64,000 bases of DNA from Eledone cirrhosa (GCA_964016885.1 OZ024742.1:232562001-232626000), one strand, 5' to 3'. Counted from the stretch's first letter, positions 37,401 through 50,330 are shown. The notes: generated by a model from the sequence alone, not told the origin. A program made the numbers and translations.

Positions 37401-40400
37401 GATTAATGCCACACTGTAAACGAGGTAAAAGTTTTTAACTATTTAAATCTATCTAAATTGTTATGATGTTCACATAATGTTAATATACTTTATTCCATAG
37501 AAGTATCATTTAGACTGTTTTTCAACAGCCCATGAGTGAAAATTATTTAGTAAGTTCACTTTAGTAATTCAAATAAAGTTTATGATGTCTTCTCTTCTTC
37601 ATCGCCCACTTGTTTCGGAGAGAGTTGTGAAGGCAGAGGCCACAAACACTTTTCCAGTGGGTCCTGTCAGAAGCAACCATCTCCAATTGATCTGGCTGTA
37701 TGCCCAAGCAAGACCTGCCAAGCTCATGGATGTTATCCAACCATCTTGCTCAGGGTCTACCCCTGGGTCTCCTGCTGGTTGGTTTTGCCCATAAAATCTG
37801 TCCAATGATTCTTCCCTGAGACATTCTAACCACATGCTCATAATATCAGAGCTGTGATTTCTCAATTTGGAGAAGTAGCGACTCTGATCTCTAAGCTATG
37901 CATTCTATCAAGTAACTCTTCTCCAAGGGTTGTACAGGTCCATACAGACCAAGTCAGTACTGAAGCAGAGCCACTGATCTCCCAGGCAGGCCAGGAATCT
38001 GTGTCAAGCTTATGTACAATCTCCAGTTCCACCGAGTGCTCAGCGAAGGTTGTCATGCCATTGACACCTGAGGGTCCTCCCAACCCTTTGTTGGTTAAGA
38101 TTTCTATAGTTGGATGTCCTTCTTATCACCAACCACTTTACAGTGTATACTGGGTGCATTTATTGTGTAGATCACCAACACTAGGGAGGGTGTCATATCC
38201 TTGACAACTGAAGGGTTCTCCCACTTTTGTGCGAGTTAAATCAATCAGAGAAGTAGATAGTATTTTAATTAATTTAGACTTCATTATCTTGCTGGCTTAT
38301 ATTAAACAATTTAAATAAATATTAAAAAGTTAAATATATTCATTGCAATTTATATTTTCTGTTTAGTGTATTATTTTGATTTGATGTATTTTTCATTTAC
38401 ATAAAATATATTCTTTTTACTAAACAGAACCCAAAATAAATTGTAAAGATGATATTCCTGCTGTAAATCAGGTAAGCTAAAATTGTAAATTTTTTTATTG
38501 ACTTTTCAGTTGTATTAATTATTGTGTTATGTAATTCATAATTACTACTTATAAAAACTCCAAATTTTTCATGGTTATCAGATATCTATAATATTACGAA
38601 AATATGCCAACTGGGGAACCTGTATCTAGTTGCTTGACCTGCTAGAAATAGCAACTAAGTCTTCTTCAAATCACACCCTACAAACTTAGAACATGAGCCA
38701 TGCATCAGGTAATGTAGTCCAAGGTGCTCTATTCCTGAAAAAAAAAATAGGGTACCCATACTTTGAATGCCTGATCAGGGTTGACTAAACAATATAGCAA
38801 AGACTAAGCTTTCCCTTTGAGATATATAGCTTTCAACTCTAAACATTACTAAACCTATATAAGGTTCAAGATAGTTGGGATTACTAAAATGAAAACGGAT
38901 GTAAGATGAGACTTATCATAATAATTTTCCATTTTTGCATGGGTTGGATTCAGCATACAAAAGCAAGTGTATAGTTACTAGAAAATTCCCGTTTCTGTTA
39001 TATGAATTATTGATGCATTACTCAACTGCTGTGGTACATGTGTCATGTTGTTACTATTTTATTTTTAGGTGTGTGAAATGAGGAATTGTAACAAGTGTAT
39101 ACTTTTTGAATCAAGGAAGAAAAAAGATTTATACATGTGGTAAGTTTAGTTGCATTTAAACAACAGAGTAGAAACCATAAGATATTTGACATATATATTC
39201 TGTAAAATATATGACCCTTTCATTTTCTATTAATTTTAAAAATAATGAATAATTTAGAGCATTTTTTTTTGTAAAATATGATTAACCCTTTAGCAGACAC
39301 CCACACTAGGATATCGTTCTAAAAGTAAACATCTCGTCAATTCGAGATTACTGCGAGATAAGGCCTTATGAAAATGTTACTGCAATATGGTCGAAAAACA
39401 CTACACTAATACATGTTCCCGATTTTATTGAAAATACTAGTCCACAACACACATTACCTCCCGATGCTGGATTATTTCTTTTTGTTTTTGCCAAAGACTT
39501 CCTTTGAAGTTTAAATTTTTGTGTTTATCCATAAAGTCATTACTTTTACACCTGTTAATTAATTTCACCTGCCCATAAAAGTCAAATTTAACAAAAAAAA
39601 ATCAAGTAAAAATAGATAATTGTAAATTATTGATATTTAAACATCTACCAAAATTTAAAGCCTGCACCTCTTGAGTATATTTAACTCAAAATAATGTAAA
39701 TAGATAAACATTGCATAGTAATATAAATTCTAAAAGGTTAAGCTGGTATTCGAAACAACTTAAATATTTCTTTCATAAAATTTATTTTGACGGGTCTAAA
39801 TTTAAATATGAACACTTTAAAATAGATAGCCCTATACCATAAATCCAGGGGCAGTTTCAGATAGGTTGATATCAAAGTGGTTAACAGAAGCTTTTATATC
39901 TCTGTTCAGCACCCTATATTTGCACTTTACATTCTACAGGATATCAAACGTTCCAGATGGACCATCTGCTAAGTTTCATGTACAAAATGGTAAGTAGAAA
40001 CTTGGTTTTAAATTTCTTCATGAAATTTGAAGCATGTATTTTATAAAGTTAAAATAGGCATTAGTTCAATGAGTGTGGGGAGAATATTTTTGGTTGAGTA
40101 TCCTAATTTGTGCCACTATGAATGCAGTAGTTAATGACTAATTATACATAACCTCATATTTACTACTGACACATAATCTGTAAAGTAGTTGGCATTAAGG
40201 TTATCCAGCTGTAGAAATGTACGAGTCAAGGCATAAATGTAAGCACAAACATGGCAGTGTGGTTAAGAAGTTCACTGTGTAACCATGGGGTTTCGAGTTC
40301 AATTTCATTGTGCAGCACCTTAGACAATTGTCATCTATAACCTTGCCTTGATCAATCAGTGCTTTGGATGTGAAATTTGGTAGACAAACTGCAACAGCTT

Positions 40401-43400
40401 GTGTGTATGTTTGTTTCTGTCTGTATTTAAGTTAATACTGATTACCAACTGGTGTTGTTTAAATCCTGTAACTTACTGGGTCAGAACTTAAATTTTAGTA
40501 AAAAATATATAATAAAGATTCTTTTTCTCCTTCTTTGCCCACATATTCCTGAGAGGGTTGTGGGCACAGAGTTCTCAAACACTCCTTCCAGTGGGTCCTA
40601 TCAGAAGCAACTGTCTCCAACTGATCTGACCGGATCCCCAAGCAAGACCAATCAAGCTCATGGATGTTATCCAACCATCTTGCTTGGAGTCTACCCCTGG
40701 GGATCCTGCCAGTTGATTTTGCTTGTAAAATCTGTCCAGTGATTTTTTTCCTGAGACATTCTAACCACATGTCTATAGTATAGGGCTGTGATTCTCTGAT
40801 CTCCGAGCTATGCACTTTATCAAGTAATGTTACTCCAAAGACCCTTCGGAGGAATCCCATTTCAGCTGCTTGTATTCACGATCATAATCTTTTGGTCATT
40901 ACCCAAGATTCATGACCATAGGTATGGGTTGGCACGAATACCTAATTGAAGATAGCAACTTTGGCTATTACTTTTATGTCTACTCCCTTCTGATTACTGA
41001 TTGTGAAGCTGGAGCATTACTGCAATTCTTGTACTTAATTCAGCCTCCTGCCTTCCATCACTTGTGAACACAGCCCTGAGATACTTGAACTTCTCCACCT
41101 GCTTCAGTGGAACTCCATTCACATGTAGTGTACTACGCAGTCTTCCTTGAGAAGATGAGTGTTTCAGTTTTCACAGCACTGATTTTCATTATACAGCCAT
41201 GCAGCACTCAGTACTCAAACCTATCAAGTGCAAGTCAGAGATCACCTGACTGATTTTACACCTGCCAGTCATGACACCACTTCCAACCCAGCTGTACATG
41301 TCAATCCTGTTCATGTAAATGAAGATGAAATTTTAAAATGAATGAGGCTTTAATTTTGAGTTAAATTTTATAAACAATATATACTAAATTAAGGTATTTT
41401 GCTTATTGATATTTTTCAATTTTTTATGTTTTTAGTTCATACAATGTGTGAATTGAAATTAACAGGGAACTGTTTAAAAGGTTCAAGGCCTTTGCTGACA
41501 TTTGATCAAGTGAGTATTTTCTTTTTCCCACATTTTATAGAGCCATTCATCATCATCTCTCTGGCATGTGTTGGACAGATTGTCATGGTCTGAAGCTAGA
41601 CTGGTCTAAGAGATCTCATCTTCCTCACATGCTCCATATTTGACATGGTTTCTACTGTTGGATGTCTTTTCAAACAGCCTCCACCTTACTGGGTGCTATA
41701 CCAAACTGTCAGAAACCACCCCTGGTTATATGATACAAAACTTTATTTAGAAATGTTTATCGCTTTCTCTGATCGATCAACAAGATCCCAGACCTCATTC
41801 GCTTGCCAAGTGGGGTGGATCTTGTCAAATCGGACCAAGGAGACAATGTTTTCATTGGTCTTTCCATTGCTGATACTATCTACCGGTTGCAACTCCTGGC
41901 AGAAAGAGCAATCTGAAGTAAAGTGTCTTGCTCAAGGACACAACACATCACCCGGTCCGAGAATTGAACTTGTAACCTCACAATTGCAAATCTAACTCTC
42001 TTATTGCTCAGCCACATTTATGTTTATCTAAAACCACCCATAATTTTATGCAAGAAACTAAGTTCTACTCAAAACACTAATTTTAATAACTTGTAAAGTT
42101 AATATAACTAAATTCCTCCATTGTCAATTATTTTAAAAAAACAGACACTAAACAATGATGATAGTCTTTCATAGAAAATATAGCAATGAAAGGGTTAAAT
42201 AAAATTAACAGTTGTTTACTGCATTTTATTTTTCCATGTTACAGATTTTCATTTTGCTTTACATGTATTTATGGTTTTCCTACATTATGTCTACTTTGTC
42301 TCAATATTTTTAGACATTTGATTCTGAACCACACTGGAAAATCCTTAAAGAATTGTTTACACAGGTGAGTTATGTTTTAGAATAGTATTCATTTGTATTA
42401 TATATATGTGTGTGTGTGTGTTAGTCTGAGATTTAATATCTAGTGGTATTCAAGAAAATTAATTTCCATTTTAGTAATTGCCATCTCTACAGTTTATGTG
42501 TATATGGTTACATACACACACACATATATATATAGCTTTGGCTGAAGCATGGCTATCATCATCATCATCATCGTTTTACGTCCGTTCTTCTATGCTAGCA
42601 TGGGTTAGACGGGTTGTCCTGTTGTGGGCGGTGTCCAGTCGGCTGACCTTGTCTTACTCATACAGGAACTGATTCTGGCTTGATTTCTACAGCTGGATGA
42701 CGTTCCTAACACCAACCTCATTTACAGTGGGTGCTTTTTTTCCGTGGCGCCTACGCGTCCACTTTACAGTGTGGACTGGGTGCTTTTTTGCCGTGGTACC
42801 TCCACGACCACTTTGCAGTGGGAGGGTGTGGGGGCATATTGTCTATATGCTTCAGCTTCGGCTTGTTCCTGTAGGGGGTTGGGTCTTCTGTATTACTGCG
42901 TGACACCAGAGGTCACGGTCGTGTGTCATTGCTCTTGAGAGGTGCAATTGGGTAAGGTCGGCCTTTATCACATCATCACAGGTCTTCTTGGGTCTCAAAG
43001 AAGTTTGAATGGACCATTCTCATTACTCAGTACATTTAACAAGTCTTCTATAATTCTGGGTCAGTTAAAGATGTTAGTGAAATTTGGTTGACTGAAACTG
43101 AGAAAGCTCATTGGATTATGTATTATATATATATATATATATATATATGGAGGCACATGGCTTAGTGGTTAGAGCATTGGCCTTGCAATCGAAAGGTTGT
43201 GAGTTCAATTCTCAGACTGGGTGATGTGTTGTTTCCTTGAGCAAGACACTTTATTTCACATTGCTCCAGTTTACTCAGCTGTAGAAATGAGATGATAGGG
43301 ACTGGGACCCATATCATTCCACTGCAAAGTGGTCGTGGAGGTGCCACTGAAAAAAAGCACCCAGCACTCACTGTAAATGAGGTTGGTGTTAGGAAGGGCA

Positions 43401-46400
43401 TCCAGCTGTAGAAATAAAGCCAGAATCAGTTCCCGTCCCACCCTTGCAAGCAGGGAAAAGCGGACGTAAAATGAAATGATGATAATATATATAGGTGTTT
43501 GGAAGGGCTACTATCTGTAAGAATCCTGGCCAAATTTACAGTTTTTCTGAGCAAGGTACAGCACGGCCAATCTGGCCAGACTTGTCTCATGACGTGGTCG
43601 ACCTGTCTAATCCATGGAAAATGAACGTTAAACGATGGTGATATATATATCTATATATTAATTTGAGTGACGTCCGTCCATCCGACACACAATGTGTGTG
43701 TTTGTGTGAATATATGTGCATGTAAAAAGAAGGGGATGGTGAAAAAACTATAGCAAAACAGCGGCTGGTGGTCCATTTGCTACTCTGTGTGTGTCTGTGC
43801 GTTTATATTTATATACTCATACATATGTATACATATGCACATACTTATCTGTCAGTGTGTTGAAAAAAAATCCTTGTACATACTATAAATGTGGTTGGCG
43901 TTAGAAATGGCATCCAGCCATAAAAATCAAGCCCATATCTTCAAATTTTAGATATGCATGAGCATGTAATTTGAATAAATTATGAATATTTTCAACTGAA
44001 CATTTATTATCTTTTAATACTTTTTCAATAGTCTTCATTTCTTTTTTAATTTCAGATATTTGGAACCCCTCATCAACACCCAAAAAGCCAACCATTTATT
44101 GACCATATTTTCTCTTTTTCCATCCTTGACAATCGTATTTGGTTTAGAAATTATTCAATTACAGATGAGCTTGGTTCACTTGTAGAAATTGGTAAGCATT
44201 TTTGTTTTTGTATAAGATTTCTAAGTGGATGCATTGGTTGAGCAAGTTTAATGTATTGTATCACACATTGTTTTACTTGATCGGGTCATTAGCTGTGGTA
44301 TTTAGTTACATCCTTTGTTTTGAGTGAAATCTCAGCCAGGTCAACTTTTCATCCTTCTGAAGTCAATAGAAAGAATAATACCATTGAAGAACTATAAGTA
44401 TTGGGATTGATAAAATCAATTATAGACATAATAGTTAAAGCAATGTATGTTTATAAGCGTGATACAATGTCTTAGAATATAGTGCTGGCCTATTGATCAC
44501 ATGATCTAAGTTCAAATCTTATAGCCATTGTGTTATGCCCCTAAGTATGGCTTATTTGCAACATATGTATGCATATCTGTAAATATTTACTCTTTTGATA
44601 TCAAACCAACCCCTAGCATTTACATTACTCTATATTTACTATTATATTTTCATGGTAAACACTTTATCTCACATAATATTGAATCTGAGATTTTGGTATT
44701 AATAAATTTGAGAACATTACCTTAATGTCAGTATGAGTGGATAGTTACAGCCGGTTTGAACAGTAAGAGGTGAGGGAATTCTGGCCAGTTACGGTCGGTT
44801 TAAATGCTAAAGGGTTAAAATAAATATTTATTTAAAAGCCTTTCATCATAATTTTATGAAAGAGCTTTAGTTAAATTATGCTCCAAACAGTCAGTTGTAT
44901 TAGTAAATCCCTCCAAATGCTTGATTATTTTCAGAATGATTTTGAAAATCATTAGAAATATAATTATTTCTACTTTTGGTACAAGGCCGGCAATTATGCT
45001 AGAGCATTACTGGTACTTCCCCGTAAGGATGAAAGGCAAAGTTAACCGTGGTGGGATTTGAACTCAGACCATAAAGGGCCGTAACTCTTTGCTGCATTAG
45101 AGAGATAATAACGAAAGAGTTAATGTGAAAAGTATATTATATGTGTATAGGTAACTATACAATTAGCCCTTTCAAATCTTTTGAAAATAATCAAAAGTTT
45201 AGAGAGGTTCAGTAATGTAACTAATTGTTTGTAGTATAAATTAACAGATTTTTACATAAAGTGATGGAATGTTTTTAAATGAATACAAACACTTTAACCC
45301 TTTAGTTACCAACCCAGCAAAAACCAGCTATGGTGCTATGAAATATAACCACCTATTTTAAATTAAAATCTTTCAACATAATTTTATATAAGAACCTTAC
45401 TGGATTGGCAGTATCGGTAGAGGGTCGGATGCCATGCTTTGAAGCATAGAGTTACCTCCCTGTATGATCTGAGTTCAAATCCCGCTGAAGTTAACTTTGC
45501 CTTTCATCCTTCCGGGGTCGATAAAATAAAGTACCAGTAATGCACTGGATAATTTGCTGGCCTTGTGCCAAAACTAGAAACAATTAAGTTACTGTTTTAA
45601 TGAAATAATTACTAATTTTAGTAAATCCCTCAAAATTCTTCATTAATTAATTAAAATAGTGTATTTCATTAAAAATGCAGTCATGAAAGAGTTTAAAATA
45701 TATTCATCTAAAAACCTTCCATCACTTTATGGAGGCTCAATATACCAATATGCAATCCTGTGCTCAACTTACTTAAGAGCATTTTACCATGGTACCAACA
45801 CTAGGAAAGTTATGCCTTTGACACAGCTGAAGAGTATCATATCTATAATTAAATCCATACCAGGATATTATGTAGATATCCAAATGGATACTAGCAATTC
45901 TCAAAGGATTGTGGATCACTAATATAACTATGTGAAAGTGAGTTTAACCCCTTTTGATATCAAACTATCTCCAGTTTACAATAGCAAAATGCACAGGATT
46001 GTATATTGGGCCTCCAGCCCACCAGGAGGTCAGAAAAACTTCCTCTTAAGTACTGACCTGTCCAAACTGTAACAGAGGAAGCAGACATTATTTTCTGATT
46101 TTGTGAATTATGCGTTTTTTTTTTGTTTTTTTTTTATATATATGAATGCCACACTACAAAACTTGGTATGCAAGGTTTCACTTTTACAATTTTGATAGCT
46201 AGAACAGTCATTTCATGCATTTTGTTTTCAGTCTAAATAGGAATTTGTTCTTTTGTGGGTGCATTGATTACCTTAATTTATGAAAACAATTGTTTATTTT
46301 TAGGGCCACGATTTGTTCTTAATCTTGTTCGATTATTTGAAGGAAGTTTTTGTAAGGCATGCTTGTATATAAATCCATACTATAAATCACCAAATGAAGT

Positions 46401-48709
46401 AAGTAATATGTTGTTTTTAATTAGAAATTTGCTTTGAATAACCAAGTGTTCTCTAATCAATTTTAAATGAAATAGATTTGATGCTTTAAAATTGTTTTAA
46501 CTTCAGTAATATTTGAAAGGTTTCGGTGTGATAAGAAATTTTTTTTTTATTAGATGTGAGTGCTTGAGAATCTAATTTGTTGGTGGAAAGGTAATGGATT
46601 TAAGGAGGGCAATTTTAAATATGTATAACTTCAAGAATATTGTATAATGTCTAAAAGTTAGCTTATTTTATAAGTAGTTAGGTTTAAATTTTCCATTAAA
46701 AAAAGATATAAATATCACAGGAATTAGTCTTTAGAGTAAGGCTCTGAAGATTAAGTTTTTGCTGTCTAATTAAAGATTAGACATTAATTGCTTTGCTCTT
46801 TCATTACCTCTACTATAATTTTCATATATTAATCACAAAATTGGAGGAATTTGGTGAAATAACTAATTTTCTCATGAAATAGGCATTTGAAACAAATTAA
46901 CCCTTTAGCATTTACATTACTCTATATTTACTATTGTATTTTCATGGTAAAAGCTTTATCTCACATAATATCAAATCTATGAGATTTTGATATTATTTAT
47001 TTTGAGAACAATACCTTAATGTCAATATGAGTGGCCAGTTACAGCCGATTTGAACAGAAAGGGGTGAGAGAATTCTGGCAGGATATTGCCAGTTTAAATG
47101 CTGAAGGGTTAAGTTTCTTATATAAAATGATGGAAAGTTTTTAGATAAATATAAACTGCAGCTTTACATCAGAAATCCTGGTGGGTATTAAAATGGCATG
47201 ATGTGTCATAATTTAAAATCCTTGAAGGCTTTATTTTACTAAATTTAAGTTTGAGATGATAATAATGTAGAATTAATTTACTATATTTTCTTGTGTTAGT
47301 TGAATAGATCTAGTAGAAACCATGCTCCCAGTTCATGCTGTAGTTAGCATTGGGGAGGGCATCCAGTTGTGGAAATCAAGCCAAAAACAAAGTGTACAGA
47401 CAGTTTAGCCTCAGTATATGACAACCTGTCCAACCTATTTAAACAAGGAAAATATACTTTAAATGTTGATGATGGTAGAAAAATAAATCCTTCACTCATT
47501 CAAATGCTATAAAATTTTCATATTTAAATTTGAATATCTGCTCTCTTCAGATAAATTAATAAATATACAAAAGGCTTTCAATATTATGAATTATTGAGAG
47601 CTGTGGCTGATAATATGAGTCTTTGTATGATTTATTATTAATAGTTTATAACACAAGATTGGGTTATGATTGCAGTTAAGGAGGGAAAATGGTACGGATG
47701 ATTTTGCCAAAAAATATAATTTTTTACAGGAAAGCATGTAGGTGTAAACTGCCTCCATTGCCATGTTTAACTCTGCCATGTGGCTCTTAGATTCTTTTAG
47801 AAGAGCCCACTGTTGCAAGCATATGGGCTGGGTCTCCAATTAGAGGATATTTTCTTCCCTCCTTACCACACTGAAAAAGATCATAGGCATTGCCATTCCT
47901 TTTCTGACTAAACAATAATAAAATTTAAATATGGATTATCTAAAATAAATTAGATCACATACTTATTAAACAGGAGCCATTTTTGTATCTTAATGCTAAT
48001 TTCTGTAGTTTTTGAGGTTCAGGTATTCAGGTATGTTGATACAACTGCATTTATAAATGAAATTAAACATTTTTTTAATTAATATTTAATTTGTGTGTTA
48101 TACATAATTTTTTTGCCAAATCAACCATACTGCTTTTGCAGTATGGCACTAACCATAACTTAGAGGAATAATGGCATTTTATGAAATTTGATAGCAAAAT
48201 GGAAAGTTCTTGCATTTGAGTTGAAATATGCATTTTGAGGGCTATATCTAATGTTACAATTAAGATTAAATGCAATCACTTGCATCTTTATACTCTATAT
48301 CAGTCATGGGCTAATTGCAGCGTGTTTAACTTTCTGAATGGCATGCCTAATTTCAAATTTGCCCTGAAATTTTTAGTAGTGTGACCCATCTTATGACGAG
48401 CCACATCCATGCTTGCTTTAAATGTAGATTTTTTAAGAGTTTGAGAAAGAAAATTCTGTTGAAGGATTAAATTTAATATTTATAATTATATCTTATCAGA
48501 TGTTATCATACATGTGTATTTTTTTTTTATTTTAGTACCGGCGTATACTTCATAAAAAGGCTGCTCTTAAGTATGTTGGGAAGTTAGGAGCGAAACTTGG
48601 ACGAGATATGCGCAAGTTAGAGAAAACGTATGATCTTGATTCAACTAATGAGGTTTTTACTACTATTAGAGCTGGTTCTGTTAAGGTTTCTACTACTGAT
48701 AAAGAATAA
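34374..48709 (+). CDS. BRIX1: Ribosome biogenesis protein BRX1 homolog (Brix domain), 10 coding exons, 302 aa
   Basis: Exons 34374-34475, 37313-37424, 38428-38471, 39069-39139, 39940-39989, 41436-41509, 42314-42364, 44056-44191, 46304-46398, 48536-48709. All introns are GT-AG with compatible phases; total 909 nt. Translation has the Brix motifs KWINKQRVLV..RG, VCEMRNCNKC, DGPSAKF, TGNCLKGSRPLL, HPKSQPFIDH, RIWFRNY and LVEIGPRFVLN. Confidence 0.96.
36052..36139. repeat. Perfect 88-bp palindrome (44-bp arms, no spacer)
   Basis: Checked base by base; centre TAATG|CATTA. Confidence 0.95.
37313..37424 (+). CDS. BRIX1: BRIX1 exon 2 (SKWINKQRVLVLATRG...MPHCKR)
   Basis: tttttaag acceptor, G|GTAAAA donor, Brix N-terminal motif. 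Confidence 0.93.
37600..37930 (-). mobile_element. RTE (Rex3/Expander-like) 3' fragment
   Basis: Same family as 40510-41320, 48740-49630 and 54375-55000. Confidence 0.75.
38428..38471 (+). CDS. BRIX1: BRIX1 exon 3 (EPKINCKDDIPAVNQ)
   Basis: cag acceptor, CAG|GTAAGC donor; 44 nt keeps the frame. Confidence 0.88.
39069..39139 (+). CDS. BRIX1: BRIX1 exon 4 (VCEMRNCNKCILFESRKKKDLYMW)
   Basis: tttttag acceptor, TG|GTAAGT donor, conserved motif. Confidence 0.94.
39286..39737. mobile_element. Longer piggyBac-type MITE candidate
   Basis: TTAA|CCCTTTAG ... CTAAAAGG|TTAA. Confidence 0.5.
39940..39989 (+). CDS. BRIX1: BRIX1 exon 5 (ISNVPDGPSAKFHVQN)
   Basis: cag acceptor, G|GTAAGT donor, GPSAKF motif. 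Confidence 0.94.
40510..41320 (-). mobile_element. RTE (Rex3/Expander-like) RT C-terminal fragment
   Basis: KQVEKFKYL, YGHESWVMT, IQAAEMGFLRRVFGVTLLDKV, GRIPRGR. Confidence 0.85.
41436..41509 (+). CDS. BRIX1: BRIX1 exon 6 (HTMCELKLTGNCLKGSRPLLTFDQ)
   Basis: tttag acceptor, CAA|GTGAGT donor, TGNCLKGSRP motif. Confidence 0.95.
42314..42364 (+). CDS. BRIX1: BRIX1 exon 7 (TFDSEPHWKILKELFTQ)
   Basis: tttttag acceptor, CAG|GTGAGT donor. Confidence 0.93.
42555..42990 (-). mobile_element. RTE 3' UTR/tail fragment
   Basis: Reverse complement of 52320-52715; (GAT)n end. Confidence 0.8.
43149..43483 (+). mobile_element. tRNA-derived CORE-type SINE with RTE tail
   Basis: A box TGGCTTAGTGG, B box GAGTTCAATTC, CORE-like middle, RTE tail. 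Confidence 0.9.
44056..44191 (+). CDS. BRIX1: BRIX1 exon 8 (IFGTPHQHPKSQPFIDH...RIWFRNY...LVEI)
   Basis: tttcag acceptor, G|GTAAGC donor. Confidence 0.95.
44610..44814 (+). mobile_element. piggyBac-type MITE
   Basis: Family of 46901-47108. Confidence 0.8.
45405..45585 (+). mobile_element. Second tRNA-derived SINE family (octopus OK-like)
   Basis: GAGTTCAAATCCC B box plus GCCTTTCATCCTTCCGGGGTCGATAAA..GTACCAG; inverted copies at ~44965-45095, 61180-61300 and 63030-63132. Confidence 0.7.
46304..46398 (+). CDS. BRIX1: BRIX1 exon 9 (GPRFVLNLVRLFEGSF...YKSPNE)
   Basis: tttttag acceptor, GAA|GTAAGT donor. Confidence 0.94.
46901..47108 (+). mobile_element. Complete piggyBac-type MITE (208 bp)
   Basis: TTAA TSD on both sides; TIR CCCTTTAGCATTTA / TAAATGCTGAAGGG. 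Confidence 0.88.
48536..48709 (+). CDS. BRIX1: BRIX1 exon 10 (YRRILHKKAALKY...DKE*)
   Basis: Long pyrimidine tract and ag acceptor; TAA at 48707-48709; AATAAA at 48713. Confidence 0.9.
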   Translation, partial: YRRILHKKAALKYVGKLGAKLGRDMRKLEKTYDLDSTNEVFTTIRAGSVKVSTTDKE

Positions 48710-48712
48710 GTT

Positions 48713-48718
48713 AATAAA
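48713..48718 (+). promoter_or_regulatory. Candidate polyadenylation signal of BRIX1
   Basis: AATAAA starting 4 nt after the stop codon. Confidence 0.5.
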
Positions 48719-48739
48719 GCCAAATTTTAAATAATTGAT

Positions 48740-50330
48740 TATTGTTTTCTTCTTCTTTGCCCACGTATTCCTGAAAGAGTTGTTGGGGCTGAGTTCTCAA
48801 ACATTCCTTCCAGTGGGTTTTGTCAGAAGGAATCATCTCCAATAGATCCGGCTGGATCACAAGGTGAGACCAGCCAGCCAGCTCATGGATGTTAGTTTTG
48901 CCCATAATATTGGAACTGTGATCTCTCAATTCAGGAAAGTAGCGACTCTCCATCAAGTAACATTACTCCGAAGACTCTTCAGATGAACCACATTTCGGCT
49001 GCTTGTATTCATGACCATAAGTAAGGGTTGGCATGAATACCAAATTGAAGATAGCACATGGCTTAGTGGTTAGAGCATTGGCCTTGCAATCGAAAGGTTG
49101 TGAGTTCAATTCTCAGACCGGGTGATGTGTTGTTTCCTTGAGCAAGACACTTTATTTCACATTGCTCTAGTTTACTCAGCTGTAGAAATGAGATGATAGG
49201 GACTGGGGTCCCTATTATTCCACTGCAAAGTGGTCGTGGAGGTGCCACGGCAAAAAAGCACCCAGCACTCACTGTAAAGGTTGGTGTTAGGAAGGGCATC
49301 CAGCTGTAGAAATCGAGCCAGAATCGATTCCTGTCCCACACTTGCAAGCAGGGAAAAGTGGACGTAAAATGAAATGATGATGATTTATCTCCATTCTGAT
49401 TACCAAATGCTGAAGCTGGCGTATTACTACACCAACTCCTCCAATTGTTGCATGTCTATCACTTGTGAACACCACCCCGAGATACTTGAACTTCTCTACC
49501 TGCTTCAGCGGGATTCCATTCACATGTAGAGTGCACTGCATGGGCTTCCTTGAGAGGATCAGTGTCTCAGTCTTCATAGCACTGATTTTCATTTCAGCCG
49601 TGCAGCACTCAGTATCAAACCTGATGAGGCATGTAATACCATGTTGTTTGCAAATTCCAACCGATTGATGCTACACCCACCAGTCGTGATACCAGGCTGA
49701 AAAATAGGTCTCTGTGGATGGTGCAAACAAAGAATCTGAATATAAATCCTTCCTTGAAGTCATTGCGACGTTATATGTAGTTAAGACTGAGTCATATATC
49801 CTAATGGAAGATTTCAATGCACATGTTAGCACTGACCATTCTGACATGGAAAGAGTGACTGAAAAGAACAGCAATTCTGATCTAAATACAAATAGGGAGG
49901 CCTTATTAGACCTGTTCTAGTAACGGGCTCTCTGTTAACAACTTCTCTCAGCACAAAGACATCTATAAATAGGAATCGGGGGCCGAAATCAATAATTGAT
50001 TTTGTTGTCTGATCTCTTTAATTCTGTGCTGGATGTTTGTGTTAAGTCAGGGGCTGAGCTGTCAACTGATCACCATCTAGTTATCTGCAACCTAAAGCCA
50101 AAGAAGCCCACAAAATTGGTAGGTCCATGTTGACCTACATGGTAAAATGGGAAGCTTTGGCAGATAAATCAAGACCAGGTATACAGATACTATTGCATCT
50201 AAATTCAAAGAACTCCGAGTAAATTGAGGATGTTGAAATGGAGTGGAGACTTTAAATCAGCAGTTTCTGCTTCTACTGTTCAATGTTGCTGTGAATGTAT
50301 CCTGGTACTGTCAAACATGTTCAGTGATGT
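48740..50330. mobile_element. Rearranged RTE (RT tail on - strand, endonuclease on + strand) with a SINE inserted at 49054-49384
   Basis: - strand MKISAMKTE...VEKFKYLG; + strand EDFNAHV, IIDF, GAELSTDHHLV. Confidence 0.75.

Noticed and set aside
43149-43225. tRNA gene
   Set aside because: A and B boxes are SINE heads continuing into CORE and LINE tail; no full cloverleaf or terminator.
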